IMG/VR virus record: IMGVR_UViG_3300032327_000100
Location: 1 to 37,017 of that record
Length of the DNA stretch: 37,017 bases
Origin: a virus
Lineage: Duplodnaviria; Caudoviricetes
Direction: 5' to 3' (one strand)
Part shown: one piece after another, positions 1-10,500 of the stretch
Position numbering within the stretch: position 1 is the stretch's first letter
How the letters are laid out: every line of letters begins with the position of its first letter
The notes under the pieces: generated by a model
Database searches by the model: none
Told to the model about the DNA's origin: nothing
Seen by the model: only the letters and a program-made list of their open reading frames with translations
Made by a program: the position numbers and the translations under genes

Positions 1-204
1 TCAGATGTATATTGGGAAATAACATCAGTGTATGAATATAGACCCGACTTGTTAGCATATGACTTATATAGCAACAGTACATTATGGTGGGTATTTGCCA
101 TGAGAAATCCAAACATGTTGAAAGACCCTTATTTTGATTTTGTAGCAGGTGTTAATATATATTTACCTAAGTTAAGTACTATCAATCAATCATTAGGATT
201 ATAA
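1..204 (+). CDS. gp53: Baseplate wedge subunit, T4 gp53-like (LysM-like); 5'-truncated
   Basis: Not in the ORF track. Frame 1 is open from base 1 to TAA 202-204: SDVYWEITSVYEYRPDLLAYDLYSNSTLWWVFAMRNPNMLKDPYFDFVAGVNIYLPKLSTINQSLGL. The RPDLLAYDLY...LWWV...N pattern is typical of gp53/tail-X LysM-like proteins, and the gene lies upstream of hub and spike genes. Confidence 0.75.
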   Translation, partial: SDVYWEITSVYEYRPDLLAYDLYSNSTLWWVFAMRNPNMLKDPYFDFVAGVNIYLPKLSTINQSLGL

Positions 205-207
205 TAA

Positions 208-2982
208 ATGGTAACTAGAACTGTATATCCAGGTGGACTTGTTAAACGCGGTGCTCCTTCTACTCAAAACAGAGCCAATGACGATAAGACAAATAAAAAG
301 AAAACTGGTACTGTAAAAAAAACTCCTGTAATACCGGCTGTTAGTGGAGCAGTCGATCAAACGCAAGCAGAAACTAATAGATTAGCAAATGCAGGAACTG
401 CAGGTACAACACAAGCAGGGAAAGCAGATACTGAAGAAGCAAAAATATCTGAAAATAAATTTCCAGACAAAAGGTTAAAAAATCCATTAGCAAATTTCTC
501 AAGTTATACATATCAACTTTCTTTGTATATGATAACGCCAGATGCGTATGAAGCATTTATTTTAGATGGAAGAAAAAACTTAAATGCAATACAAAATATT
601 ACTGCGGCCGGGCAAGAAACAATAGATCAAGCTAATCAAACTACAGTTGAACCACAATCAAGATCAGCAGACGGTACTACTAACATCGGGACTAATTCTT
701 CTAATAGTTCCCCGCCGGCTCCATCTAGTGTTCGAACAATAAAACGTGGAGCAGCATATCTAATTGCACAAAGCGGTGGTATTAATAATAGCGGACCAAA
801 TGAACGAGCACCTGGATTTGATGTAGATTTTTACATAGATGATTTAGTAATTACACAAGCTATCACTGGAAAAGAAACACAAAGTGCCACAAATGTAACA
901 GACATAACTTTTAAAATAACTGAACCATATGGTTTTTCTTTTATATCAAGATTAAAACGAGCACAAGATCAATTAAAACTAATGTGTCCAACCCCGGGGT
1001 ACGGTGATACTTCAAACCCAGTTAGACAGTTTTATATTTTAGGGATAAGATTCTTAGGTTACGATAATCAAGGAAATGTAATTGATCCTGCTAAACTTCA
1101 AGATATGGGAGGCACTGGCATTGGATTATATGAAAGATATTATGATATTGTAATATCAAAAATGGATTTTAGACTTGGTGGACAATCGGTTGTCTACAAC
1201 TGTGAAGCTAAATCAATTCCTGGTTCCGAAGCATTTGATACTAAAAAAGGTATAGTTTGGTCAGGTGCTAGTATAACTGCTAGTACTGTTTACGATGCAT
1301 TGATTGGAGGAAATCAAAACGGGGTTTCCAAAGCAGGAGGCGCTAACGGTGCTCACGCAGGAACTGATGCTACACAAGGAGCATGGGGATTGCTATCTAC
1401 TTTAAACAAAGAACAACAAACACGTTTAGATAATAAAGAAATAGAATATGCAAATGAATGGGACATTGAATTTTTAGGTGAAGCAAAAGACATAATAGCT
1501 AAAGCATCAATGTTAAGTCAAGCAGACAGAGACAAAAGAAGAATGCCTACAAGTACCACTGCTACTTCAACCGAACAATCTAATGCAGCAACTGCACAAG
1601 CAGGAGCAAAACCAAATAATAATCTAAAAACAATTAGTGTTGGCACAGGCATCCCTATCATACAAGCTGTAGACGAAATAATTAAACAAAGTTCATATTT
1701 AGAAGATGCATTGTCTATTATAAAAAAGTCACGACTTGATAACACTGGATCCAAAAAAGAGTCATCTGATATAATTGACAATTCAAATAAAACTGTAAAC
1801 ATTAAATGGTACACAATTAGTGCTGAAGTAGTTGTCAAAGCATGGGATAAAAAACAAAATGATTTTGTTTTTAAAACTAAATTTATTGTTCAACCATATA
1901 GTACACCTGTCTCAGTTGGTGCATATTCTGATGTGACTACTCCATACTATGGGCCACACAAAAGATATGAATACTGGTTTACTGGAAAAAATACCGAAAT
2001 ACTTAAGTTTGAACAAACATTCAATAATGCATTTTATAATGTAGTACTTGATGGTGCTGGAATTTCACCGTCTGCGTCTGGAAATGGTTTTTCTTTCCCT
2101 GTAGCTGTTGGTCAACCTACTGGGCAAGCAAGACAAGGTAGACCTAATTATAATATGGAAACACAAAATTCATATATCTCTAGTTTATATGACCCTAGTG
2201 CTTGGGCTGAGACTAATATATCTATATTAGGTGATCCTGACTTTTTAATGCAACCGGCAGCTAGTAGTATAAATGATTTGTATGATGAGTATTATGGCAC
2301 TGATGGATATACTGTAAGTGCAAACGGTGGACAAGTGTTTATCGAAATTAATTTCAAAGAACCTAATGATTATAATAATGTCACTGGAACAATGGATATT
2401 AATCAGTCTATAAATATATACCCTCATCCAAAATATATACAAACAAAAATAAATGAGCGCGGCGGCGGTGTTGCAATAATGTTAATAAAAGTAGTAAGTA
2501 AATTTAATAAAGGAACTTTTACTCAAGATTTAACTGGTGTGCCTGGTATATTTGCAGATGACCCATTAGAACAAGTAGACGATAGAGACAATCAATCAGA
2601 TGCAGAAACTAGCAGATTAGCAAGAAAAGCACCTGTTACTAACTCTGGTTCTGGAACCGCTGCAACAACCAGTGCAGCTAAGGCTAATCAAGTAAAAACT
2701 AGAACAGGGGCAACTTCAACTGTACCTAAATTTACTCCAGGTGGAAATGCTAAACGCGGCGGAGTACCAACTGGTACGGCACCAACACCGACGGGAGTAG
2801 GCACAACAGTTAAAAGTGTAGCTAGTGCAGAAATTGCAAAAAATTTAGGTATTAATCCTAAAACATTATTGCCGATTAATGTAAATCCAGCAGCTAAACC
2901 AGTACAAGATCAAAAAACACTTAATAAAAAAGGTGTGCAAAACGATGATTCTGGATACATAAATCCTAAGCAAAGACATTAA
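208..2982 (+). CDS. Probable baseplate hub protein (gp27/GpD-like) with low-complexity termini
   Basis: 924-aa ORF between the gp53-like and gp5-like genes. The core has beta-rich motifs (FYIDDLVIT, ITFKITEPYG, YEYWFTGKNTEI, ISILGDPDFL, VVSKFNKGTFTQDL) resembling hub proteins. The call rests on synteny and motif memory. Confidence 0.55.
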   Translation: MVTRTVYPGGLVKRGAPSTQNRANDDKTNKKKTGTVKKTPVIPAVSGAVDQTQAETNRLANAGTAGTTQAGKADTEEAKISENKFPDKRLKNPLANFSSYTYQLSLYMITPDAYEAFILDGRKNLNAIQNITAAGQETIDQANQTTVEPQSRSADGTTNIGTNSSNSSPPAPSSVRTIKRGAAYLIAQSGGINNSGPNERAPGFDVDFYIDDLVITQAITGKETQSATNVTDITFKITEPYGFSFISRLKRAQDQLKLMCPTPGYGDTSNPVRQFYILGIRFLGYDNQGNVIDPAKLQDMGGTGIGLYERYYDIVISKMDFRLGGQSVVYNCEAKSIPGSEAFDTKKGIVWSGASITASTVYDALIGGNQNGVSKAGGANGAHAGTDATQGAWGLLSTLNKEQQTRLDNKEIEYANEWDIEFLGEAKDIIAKASMLSQADRDKRRMPTSTTATSTEQSNAATAQAGAKPNNNLKTISVGTGIPIIQAVDEIIKQSSYLEDALSIIKKSRLDNTGSKKESSDIIDNSNKTVNIKWYTISAEVVVKAWDKKQNDFVFKTKFIVQPYSTPVSVGAYSDVTTPYYGPHKRYEYWFTGKNTEILKFEQTFNNAFYNVVLDGAGISPSASGNGFSFPVAVGQPTGQARQGRPNYNMETQNSYISSLYDPSAWAETNISILGDPDFLMQPAASSINDLYDEYYGTDGYTVSANGGQVFIEINFKEPNDYNNVTGTMDINQSINIYPHPKYIQTKINERGGGVAIMLIKVVSKFNKGTFTQDLTGVPGIFADDPLEQVDDRDNQSDAETSRLARKAPVTNSGSGTAATTSAAKANQVKTRTGATSTVPKFTPGGNAKRGGVPTGTAPTPTGVGTTVKSVASAEIAKNLGINPKTLLPINVNPAAKPVQDQKTLNKKGVQNDDSGYINPKQRH

Positions 2983-2985
2983 TAT

Positions 2986-2991
2986 TAAATA
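2986..2991 (+). promoter_or_regulatory. Putative late promoter core (TAAATA)
   Basis: TTAAATA in the 15-nt gap before ATG 2998; resembles the T4 late consensus TATAAATA. Confidence 0.5.
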
Positions 2992-2997
2992 ATTTAT

Positions 2998-5064
2998 ATG
3001 GCAGAGAATAATTTTAGTCCTAAAGGACAGAACAAAAGAAGTAAACCAGACGCCGGCGGCGGAGTACTGCGTGACTTACCTGTGCTTGGTATAGTTAAAA
3101 ATAATATTGATAATACTCGCGCCGGCAGGATAGATGTTTATATAGAAGATTTTGGCGGTTCGGATCCCGATGATGATTCAAATTGGACTACTGTAAATTA
3201 TATGAGTCCTTTCTTTGGCAGTACTCCCGCAGTAGCAGGAAGTGAAGCAACTGATTACGGAACCTATGAAACAAACCCAAGTTCATATGGTATGTGGTTC
3301 AGTCCACCTGACCTTGGAAGCACAGTAGTTTGCATTTTTATAAATGGCGATTCAAATTATGGATACTATATAGGTGGAATACTACAACCAGAATTATTAC
3401 AAATGATTCCTGCTATAGGCTCATCCGACAATATTGTACCAAATAAAGGGGAAGCAGAGCAAACAGGCGGAGCACCTAAATTACCTGTTAGTAATTTAAA
3501 CACCAATAATAAAAGCATTACTGATAGTGAAAATTTTATAAATGAAGCACGACCAGTGCATAGTTATGCAGCTGGAATTTATCAACAACAAGGATTGCTC
3601 AGAGACCCAATAAGAGGTCCTATTAGCAGTAGTGCATTGCGCGAAAGTCCATCACGAGTAGGCTGGGGAATTAGTACGCCGGGCAGACCTATCTATCAAG
3701 GTGGTTATAGAGATGAAGATGTACTAGAAAAAGGAAGCGAAGGTTCACCTGAATCATTACAAGTTATATCACGTAGGGGCGGACATAGTATTGTTATGGA
3801 CGACGGTGACGTATATGGTAAAGATCAACTAGTAAGAATAAGAACAATTCAAGGTCATCAGATATTGATGAGTGATGATGGCCAAACATTACAAATTATT
3901 CATAGCAATGGACAAAGTTATGTTGAGTTAGGCACAGAAGGTACTGTTGATGTGTTTGCAATGAATAGTGTCAATGTAAGAACACAGGGAGACTTAAATC
4001 TACATGCTGATAACAACATAAATATCAACGCTAAAAAAGATTTGAACATAGCAGCAGACAATATAAACATAAATGCTGCGACTAACATTGGATGGAGAGC
4101 AGGTAGTAATTTTAGTGGATATACATTGGGAACTTACACTATAAAAGTTAATGGATCTATGAGTATGAGTGCCGGCGGTGAAGGGTCATATGCTAGTGGT
4201 GGAGTAATGTTTGTTAATGGTAATAAAGTTAATCTTAACACTGGCTCAACTTCAGTAACACCAAATGAAGTTCCATTGATAACACAAATTGCACATACTG
4301 ATACATTGAATGATCCTAAAGTAGGATTTGCAGCAGCACCCGGATTATTGAAATCAATAGTAAGTAGAGCACCTGCACACATGCCTTGGGCTAACGCAGG
4401 ACAAGGGGTAGATGTAAGTGTATCATCTTCTCCAGATGCTAACCTTGAATCACCTCCTGCTCCGGCAGTTTCAGAGACTAATAATGCAGCAAGTACTGCA
4501 CCTGCAAATAGAACCAATGTAGCATTGACTTCAACTGTGCCACCTGCGCCAGCAGTTAGTGCTAGTATAGATAAAAATGTTTCTACTGCAATGATTAGTT
4601 CCGCAGCGGTCAATGCAGCAGCAAATGCACCTGAGGTAGTAGCGACTGGCACGGGAGTGATACAAGATGCCAATGGAGATATTAATGCAGCAGTAGGAAA
4701 AATGGCAATGACTCCGCAACAGATGGAAGCCGCTATGGTCATAAAACCCGGATCTGCTGCACTCGTGACTAGCTTAGTTCAAGGTGGTGCTAATGTAGAG
4801 ACTGCTATGCCATCGAGCATGTTTACAGGTAAACCTGGAGCAGAAGACTTACCTGCGTTTGTCAATAACACCGGCGCACAAGTAGTCGCTAAAGCAGAAA
4901 GTTTACAACAAGCACAAGCATCATTAACTGCCGCCGGAGTTATTACAGGGAAAGAAGCACCCGGAGATATTGCAGGACTAGTGAATGCTGCTTCTGAAGT
5001 TGGGGTACAGACTACAATTGATTTTGTAAAAAAATCAAGCACAACAGATTTTGGAAGAGGATAA
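2998..5064 (+). CDS. gp5: Baseplate central spike, T4 gp5/VgrG-like (OB fold, beta-helix, C-terminal extension)
   Basis: N-terminal OB-fold motifs (GRIDVYIEDFG, YGMWFSPPDLGSTVVCIFINGD), then GHSIVMDD/GHQILMSDD and beta-helix repeats (GDLNLHADNNININAKKDLNIAADNININAA), RAPAHMPW, a Pro/Ala linker and an extra C-terminal domain. Confidence 0.8.
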   Translation: MAENNFSPKGQNKRSKPDAGGGVLRDLPVLGIVKNNIDNTRAGRIDVYIEDFGGSDPDDDSNWTTVNYMSPFFGSTPAVAGSEATDYGTYETNPSSYGMWFSPPDLGSTVVCIFINGDSNYGYYIGGILQPELLQMIPAIGSSDNIVPNKGEAEQTGGAPKLPVSNLNTNNKSITDSENFINEARPVHSYAAGIYQQQGLLRDPIRGPISSSALRESPSRVGWGISTPGRPIYQGGYRDEDVLEKGSEGSPESLQVISRRGGHSIVMDDGDVYGKDQLVRIRTIQGHQILMSDDGQTLQIIHSNGQSYVELGTEGTVDVFAMNSVNVRTQGDLNLHADNNININAKKDLNIAADNININAATNIGWRAGSNFSGYTLGTYTIKVNGSMSMSAGGEGSYASGGVMFVNGNKVNLNTGSTSVTPNEVPLITQIAHTDTLNDPKVGFAAAPGLLKSIVSRAPAHMPWANAGQGVDVSVSSSPDANLESPPAPAVSETNNAASTAPANRTNVALTSTVPPAPAVSASIDKNVSTAMISSAAVNAAANAPEVVATGTGVIQDANGDINAAVGKMAMTPQQMEAAMVIKPGSAALVTSLVQGGANVETAMPSSMFTGKPGAEDLPAFVNNTGAQVVAKAESLQQAQASLTAAGVITGKEAPGDIAGLVNAASEVGVQTTIDFVKKSSTTDFGRG

Positions 5065-5065
5065 G

Positions 5066-6985
5066 ATGGCTGTTAATTTAGAATCTATTGTAACTAATCA
5101 AATATCAGGTGCTGGAAGCAATGTTGCAGCAGCCATAGCCTCAGGCAATTTTGCATCAAATCTTGCTACTAACGCTACTAGCGGGTTAGGTTCCATAGGT
5201 GTTTCGCTTTCTGGATCAGGTATTATAGGTAAACCCGGTGAAAGTTTAATGGCGCAAGCTGGGGCAAAAAGTCTAACTGCATCTGCATTCGGGGCAATAA
5301 CTAAATCTTTCAAACCACTTGAAGCAAACGTGCCACAAAATTTAACAGCTATTGCTGCAAAAAACTCAGAAGATCAAGCAGCAGCGGAAGAAGCTGCGGC
5401 ATTGCCGGCAACACAAGTAGCAGCACTACAAACAATGCCCGGTACAAGTGCATTAACTTCTAGCTTAAATACCGCAAAAGCTGCTGCTAGTGGAATGAGT
5501 CCTCAAACTAGTGCGTTGTTAATGTCAACTGTTACTGCTTTGGCAAGTGGTGGAAAGAATAGTGCAATCAGTGGTGCCACAGCTGGGTTATTAAAACAAG
5601 GTATTGGAATAACACAAACATTGACCAATGGTAAAAATCTTAGTCAAGGTCAAATTGGTTCAGCAATTAGTGCAATAGGAGCAGCAACAGGTGGAACAAG
5701 CGCAGGCGCAAGACAAACAGCATCTTTGTTGACAGCAAGTATTGGTATAGGACAATCATTATCAAGTGGAAAAAATCTCAGTGCTGGACAAATTGGTACA
5801 ATTGTTGGAGCATTAAACGGTACACAAGGTAAAAATGCACTACCTAATTCACTAATAACACAAAGTATAGGATTAGCACAAACATTATCAAGTGGAAAAA
5901 GTATTACACAGGGTCAAATCAATGGACTAGTTGGATCAGTAGCACAAATTGGTTCTGCTAATGGTGGCAAGAGAATTAATTCAGCAACCGCAGCATTGAT
6001 AGCACAAAGTATTGGATTGACTACTACTATAGCAAGTGGAAAAAAAGTAACTCCCGGACAAGTAAGTGCATTGGTTACTTCAAGTATTAATTCTGCGCTA
6101 AGTGCTGGAAGTCCAACAAATAGAACAAATGGAGGAGGTAGTGGGGTAAGAGCATTAGCAGGGGGATTATCCGCTATAGCAGCAGTAACTATCGGGGCAG
6201 TTGCAACCGGAACCCCAGTAAATGTTAAAACAATTGGGAACCTAGCAGTTAACTCAATAAGTTCAATTCCTGGACTTGCACCGTGGGGAGCAGTAATTAG
6301 AAATGCATCTGCGGTTGCAATGAATAATATATCAAAACCAACCGCTGCGGCAAGCACTGTTGCATCATTGGCAGCAGGTCCATTGAGTAAAACAGTTGAT
6401 AGTGGTGTCTCTACTGTTAGTACAGAAAGTACCGCAATAACACAAAATATAGAAAAAACTAAAAAAGTGCCATTATCTGCACTAGCTACTAGTGGACTAT
6501 CACCGTCGGCAGCAGCATCTTTAACTGCTAGTGTTAATGCTATGAATGCAGGCGGTTCTTCTCCAGTTAAGTTACCAACTGTAGCCACAGGAACAGTTGA
6601 TAGAAGTCAACTAACTTCTCAAATTAATTCTATACTAGGTAGTAATAAGATTCAAGTGCCAAATTTCTCTGGAATCCCACCATTACCAAACAAAATTAAT
6701 ACTGATAGTGCATCACTAGCAGAACAAGATTTAGTGATAAAAGAAATTGCAACATTAAAAGATAAACGCTGGGATGTGTCAAAAGCTGCTGGAAATGCAA
6801 GATATAAAGCATCAGAAGCTAAACAAAAATTACCACAAGGTGACCCTGAAATTGCAGCACTTGAAAGGGCTTCAGTATCAGCACAAAAAGAATTGGATGA
6901 CTTAGATAAGAAAATTGTAGAATTACAGAGAAAACAATATACTTTAGCTACCGGTGAACCATATCCAGAACCTGCTACTGGATAA
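5066..6985 (+). CDS. Ala/Gly/Ser-rich virion-associated protein with internal repeats and a C-terminal coiled coil
   Basis: The track starts at TTG 5051, but ATG 5066 with AGAGGA upstream is more likely. Low-complexity body with four SGK..S.GQI repeats and a charged helical C-terminus. It sits between gp5 and gp25; function unknown. Confidence 0.6.
   Translation: MAVNLESIVTNQISGAGSNVAAAIASGNFASNLATNATSGLGSIGVSLSGSGIIGKPGESLMAQAGAKSLTASAFGAITKSFKPLEANVPQNLTAIAAKNSEDQAAAEEAAALPATQVAALQTMPGTSALTSSLNTAKAAASGMSPQTSALLMSTVTALASGGKNSAISGATAGLLKQGIGITQTLTNGKNLSQGQIGSAISAIGAATGGTSAGARQTASLLTASIGIGQSLSSGKNLSAGQIGTIVGALNGTQGKNALPNSLITQSIGLAQTLSSGKSITQGQINGLVGSVAQIGSANGGKRINSATAALIAQSIGLTTTIASGKKVTPGQVSALVTSSINSALSAGSPTNRTNGGGSGVRALAGGLSAIAAVTIGAVATGTPVNVKTIGNLAVNSISSIPGLAPWGAVIRNASAVAMNNISKPTAAASTVASLAAGPLSKTVDSGVSTVSTESTAITQNIEKTKKVPLSALATSGLSPSAAASLTASVNAMNAGGSSPVKLPTVATGTVDRSQLTSQINSILGSNKIQVPNFSGIPPLPNKINTDSASLAEQDLVIKEIATLKDKRWDVSKAAGNARYKASEAKQKLPQGDPEIAALERASVSAQKELDDLDKKIVELQRKQYTLATGEPYPEPATG
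5597..6064 (+). repeat. Four degenerate coding repeats (QSIGL.QTLSSGK.LS.GQI), period 42-48 aa
   Basis: Copies begin near 5597, 5735, 5861 and 6005; CATTATCAAGTGGAAAAA is shared exactly by two copies. Confidence 0.8.
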
Positions 6986-7002
6986 TCAAGTAGTTTATAA
7001 GC

Positions 7003-7009
7003 ATAAATA
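7003..7009 (+). promoter_or_regulatory. Putative late promoter core (ATAAATA)
   Basis: ATAAATA lies 4 nt before ATG 7014. Confidence 0.6.
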
Positions 7010-7013
7010 TATC

Positions 7014-7463
7014 ATGACCACATACATTGGATTCAGTAGTATCTCAGCAAATAAACCTAGGTCAACTAATTTGCCTACTGGTCCTGCTGGCGGAACAGGT
7101 TCATTAATTGATCCGGTAAATATTGGTAATAAATTTGGATTAGTAGATACTTCTTTGGTCGTACAAGATTTGGTAAACGCATTAAATATCCCTCAAGGTC
7201 AAAAAGTAGGACAACCAGGTTATGGTACTACACTTTGGTCTTTTGTTTTTGAGCCAAATACAGCAGATGTTCAGTTTCAATTAGAAACTGAAATACGCAG
7301 AGTAGCTAGTTTAGATCCAAGATTAGTACTAAATTCAGTTAGGGCTTTCCCGCAAGAAAACGGAATATTGTTAGAATTAGAAATAGCAGTATCCCCCTTC
7401 AATCAAGCGCAGTTATTAAATGTATTTTTTAATAATGCTAATAATACTGCTTCTATTCAATAA
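7014..7463 (+). CDS. gp25: Baseplate wedge subunit gp25 (GPW/gp25 family)
   Basis: QDLVNALNIPQGQKVGQPGYGTTLWSFVFEP...EIRRVASLDPRL matches the gp25 pattern. ATG 7014 is preferred over the track start at 6954, which overlaps the upstream gene. Confidence 0.85.
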   Translation: MTTYIGFSSISANKPRSTNLPTGPAGGTGSLIDPVNIGNKFGLVDTSLVVQDLVNALNIPQGQKVGQPGYGTTLWSFVFEPNTADVQFQLETEIRRVASLDPRLVLNSVRAFPQENGILLELEIAVSPFNQAQLLNVFFNNANNTASIQ

Positions 7464-7489
7464 CCTAAAAAACCCATGTTTTCAAGTAT

Positions 7490-7497
7490 GATAAATA
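7490..7497 (+). promoter_or_regulatory. Putative late promoter core (GATAAATA)
   Basis: Intergenic, 17 nt before ATG 7515, embedded in the inverted repeat AAGTAT-GATAA-ATACTT. Confidence 0.6.
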
Positions 7498-7514
7498 CTT
7501 AAAAGAGAATACTT

Positions 7515-10500
7515 ATGGCTACAAGTTCAAGACAATCAGCACTATTTGGGGTAAACGACTGGAAAACGATTTATCAAACTTTCCAGCAAGCAAATTTCCG
7601 TAGTTATGACTATGAAACATTACGTAAAAGTTTTATAGATTATCTAACCATATATTATCCTGAAACATTTAATGATTATATTGAAAGTTCAGAATTTATT
7701 GCATTACTTGACGTTATGGCGTTTATGGGTCAAGGTCTTGCTTTCCGCAACGACTTAAATACCCGTGAAAACTTCATTGATACTGCTGAACGCAGAGACA
7801 GCGTTATTAAATTAGCTAATCTTGTAAGTTATACTCCTAAAAGAAACTTAACAGCAGAAGGTTATTTGAAAGTAACCAGTATTCGTACCACGCAAAATCT
7901 TACTGATTTGAATGGGTTCAACTTAGCTAATATTCCTATATTGTGGAATGACCCAGCTAATCCAAACTGGTTAGAACAATATAATACAATTATTAATGCA
8001 GCATTAGTAAACACTCAACGTGTAGGTCTTCCTGCGAATTCTGCACAGATTCTTGGAATAAAAACAGACGAATATACATTGCAGATACCTGCAGGAACTA
8101 GCCCAGTGGTACCATTCTCAACTACTGTAAATGGTATGAACATGAATTTTGAGTTATGTAGCGTCAGTGCAGTGGGTGAAGATTATGTATATGAAATTCC
8201 TCCTGCACCTACTAATCAATTTAATATGTTATACCGTAATGACAAATTAGGATACGGTAGTCCAAATACAGGATTTTTCTTTTATTTTAAGCAAGGTGTA
8301 TTACAAAATTTTGATTTTTCATATCAAAATCAAATCGCAAACCAAGTAACTGACATTGGAAGTATTCAAGGTGTTAATAATACCGATACTTGGTTATATC
8401 AAGTAAGTCAAACAAATGGTTCATTTGGGTTGTGGATTAAAGTAGATAACATTTATGCAAATGCATATTTACAAACACAAAATAGTGTTAGACAAATATA
8501 TTCTGTAAATAGCAGATCCAATGACCAAGTAAGTTATGTATTTGGTGACGGGGTATTCAGCGAGATACCAGTTGGTAACTTTAGAGCATATGTTCGTGCT
8601 GGTAATGCATTGACTTATACTATACAACCTACACAGATACAAAATCTTACTGTTACCATGAACTATGTCAGCAGAGTTGGGCGTGTCGAGACATTGACGA
8701 TTGGATTGAGTTTGCAAACTCCGGTGACTAACGCACAAGCCAGAGAAACATTGGCTGACATTAAACAACGTGCGCCAAGTCGTTACTATACACAGAATCG
8801 CATGGTCAATGGGGAAGATTACAATAACTTCCCATATACATTATATAGTTCAATAATCAAGAGCAAGGCTATCAATCGTAGTAGTGTTGGTGTAAGCAAA
8901 AACTTAGATTTACTTGACCCAACTGGCAAGTATAGTAGTAGTAACAGCTATTCAAATGACGGTGGAATTTGGTTAAATGATACTGATGGATATGCATTAT
9001 TAAACATTACTAATCTTAGTGATATACAAACTTTCTTGAACGATACATTAGCAAATATATTAGGTGATAACAAATCATTACAATATTATGTTCAGAATTA
9101 TCCAAGATATAATACAACTATCAGTTCAGATGATAATTTAGTATATTGGCATACTAGCACAGTAGATGCTAATAGTACTTCTGGTTATTTTTATGATTTG
9201 ATTAATGGCAATGACATTCCAGTTCCCATTGGTACATATTCGACTTATAACTTAAAATATTTAACTAAGGGTGCATTAATAAAATTCATTGCTCCTGACA
9301 GTTATTATTTTGATGATAGTAATAGATTAGTATATGGTGTTGCCGGTCCTTCAAACATAACATCTATTTGGACAACTGTATTGAATGTTATTGGCGATGG
9401 GTATAACAATGGATTAGGACAATTTGCCAATGGCACCGGACCAGTAACCTTAAACAAATATGTTCCAAATGGTGCAATTATTACTACTGTAATACCTGCA
9501 TTCCAAAACACATTACCTAATACTGTAACAAATGAATGTATCATTAGATTAGAACTACAACAAAATTTCACATTAGTTTTTGATAATTCGTTAACAATTG
9601 CACAAGACAGATGGAGTGTAGATCCTACCTCACAACCTGGCTACTTTGTCAAATTTACTAGTACCGGGTACAATAGATATACAGTAACCTACAAATCATT
9701 GAATTATTATTTTGGTAGTGTAGCTGATACTAGATTTACTTATGAAGCTGGTAAATTAGTTTATGATCCTTTTTCCGGAATCATATTACAAGATTTTATA
9801 AAAATACTACCTACTAACACACAACCAAATTCAAACTATCCATTGGCTAAATCAGTTAAAGGAAGTATTATTGGTCAAACAGTTGAAAGTGATGGTTACA
9901 TTAATGACTTTGAAGTTCAAGTTGCTAGTATTGATGTTAATAACAGAACAGTAGTAGATAATCCAGATTTCTTTTATGATGTGACTGGATATGTTACTGG
10001 AAATACCAATATAGGAATATATGCTTTCTTTGAAGAAATACAAGATGCTATCAACTTAACTAGAACTGAATTAATTTCAACTAGTATGGTTGCATATCAA
10101 TATGCAACTGCTACAGATATAGATGTTGTAAAATATGATTATCCAGAAGGACAGCTATTTTATGCATACACAGATAATGTATTTTATATAACAGTTCAAG
10201 ATCCAACCATCACTACTCCATATTATATTTTAGTTGAACAACCACAATATAGCATGAAACCAGGTCGTCAAGGATTACAATTTCAATATCGTCACAACAG
10301 TAATAATACCACACGTATCGACCCGGCAACAACTAACATCATTGATTTATATGTAGTAACGCAAGCATATTATACTGAATATCAAAATTGGATACAAGAT
10401 ACTACTGGTACTGTGCCTATGCCAACTAGACCAACTATTAACGATTTGACTACTGAGTATAGCAAAGTACAAGATTATAAAATGTTAACTGATACCGCTA

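Noticed and set aside
200-205. TATAAT sigma70 -10-like box before ATG 208
   Set aside because: It is formed by tandem TAA stop codons in AT-rich DNA, with no convincing -35 element.
4134-6588. Minus-strand ORFs of 62-224 aa opposite the spike and Ala/Gly-rich genes
   Set aside because: Shadow ORFs: antisense frames of Ala/Gly/Thr-rich genes have few stops. They are fully overlapped and have no recognisable motifs.
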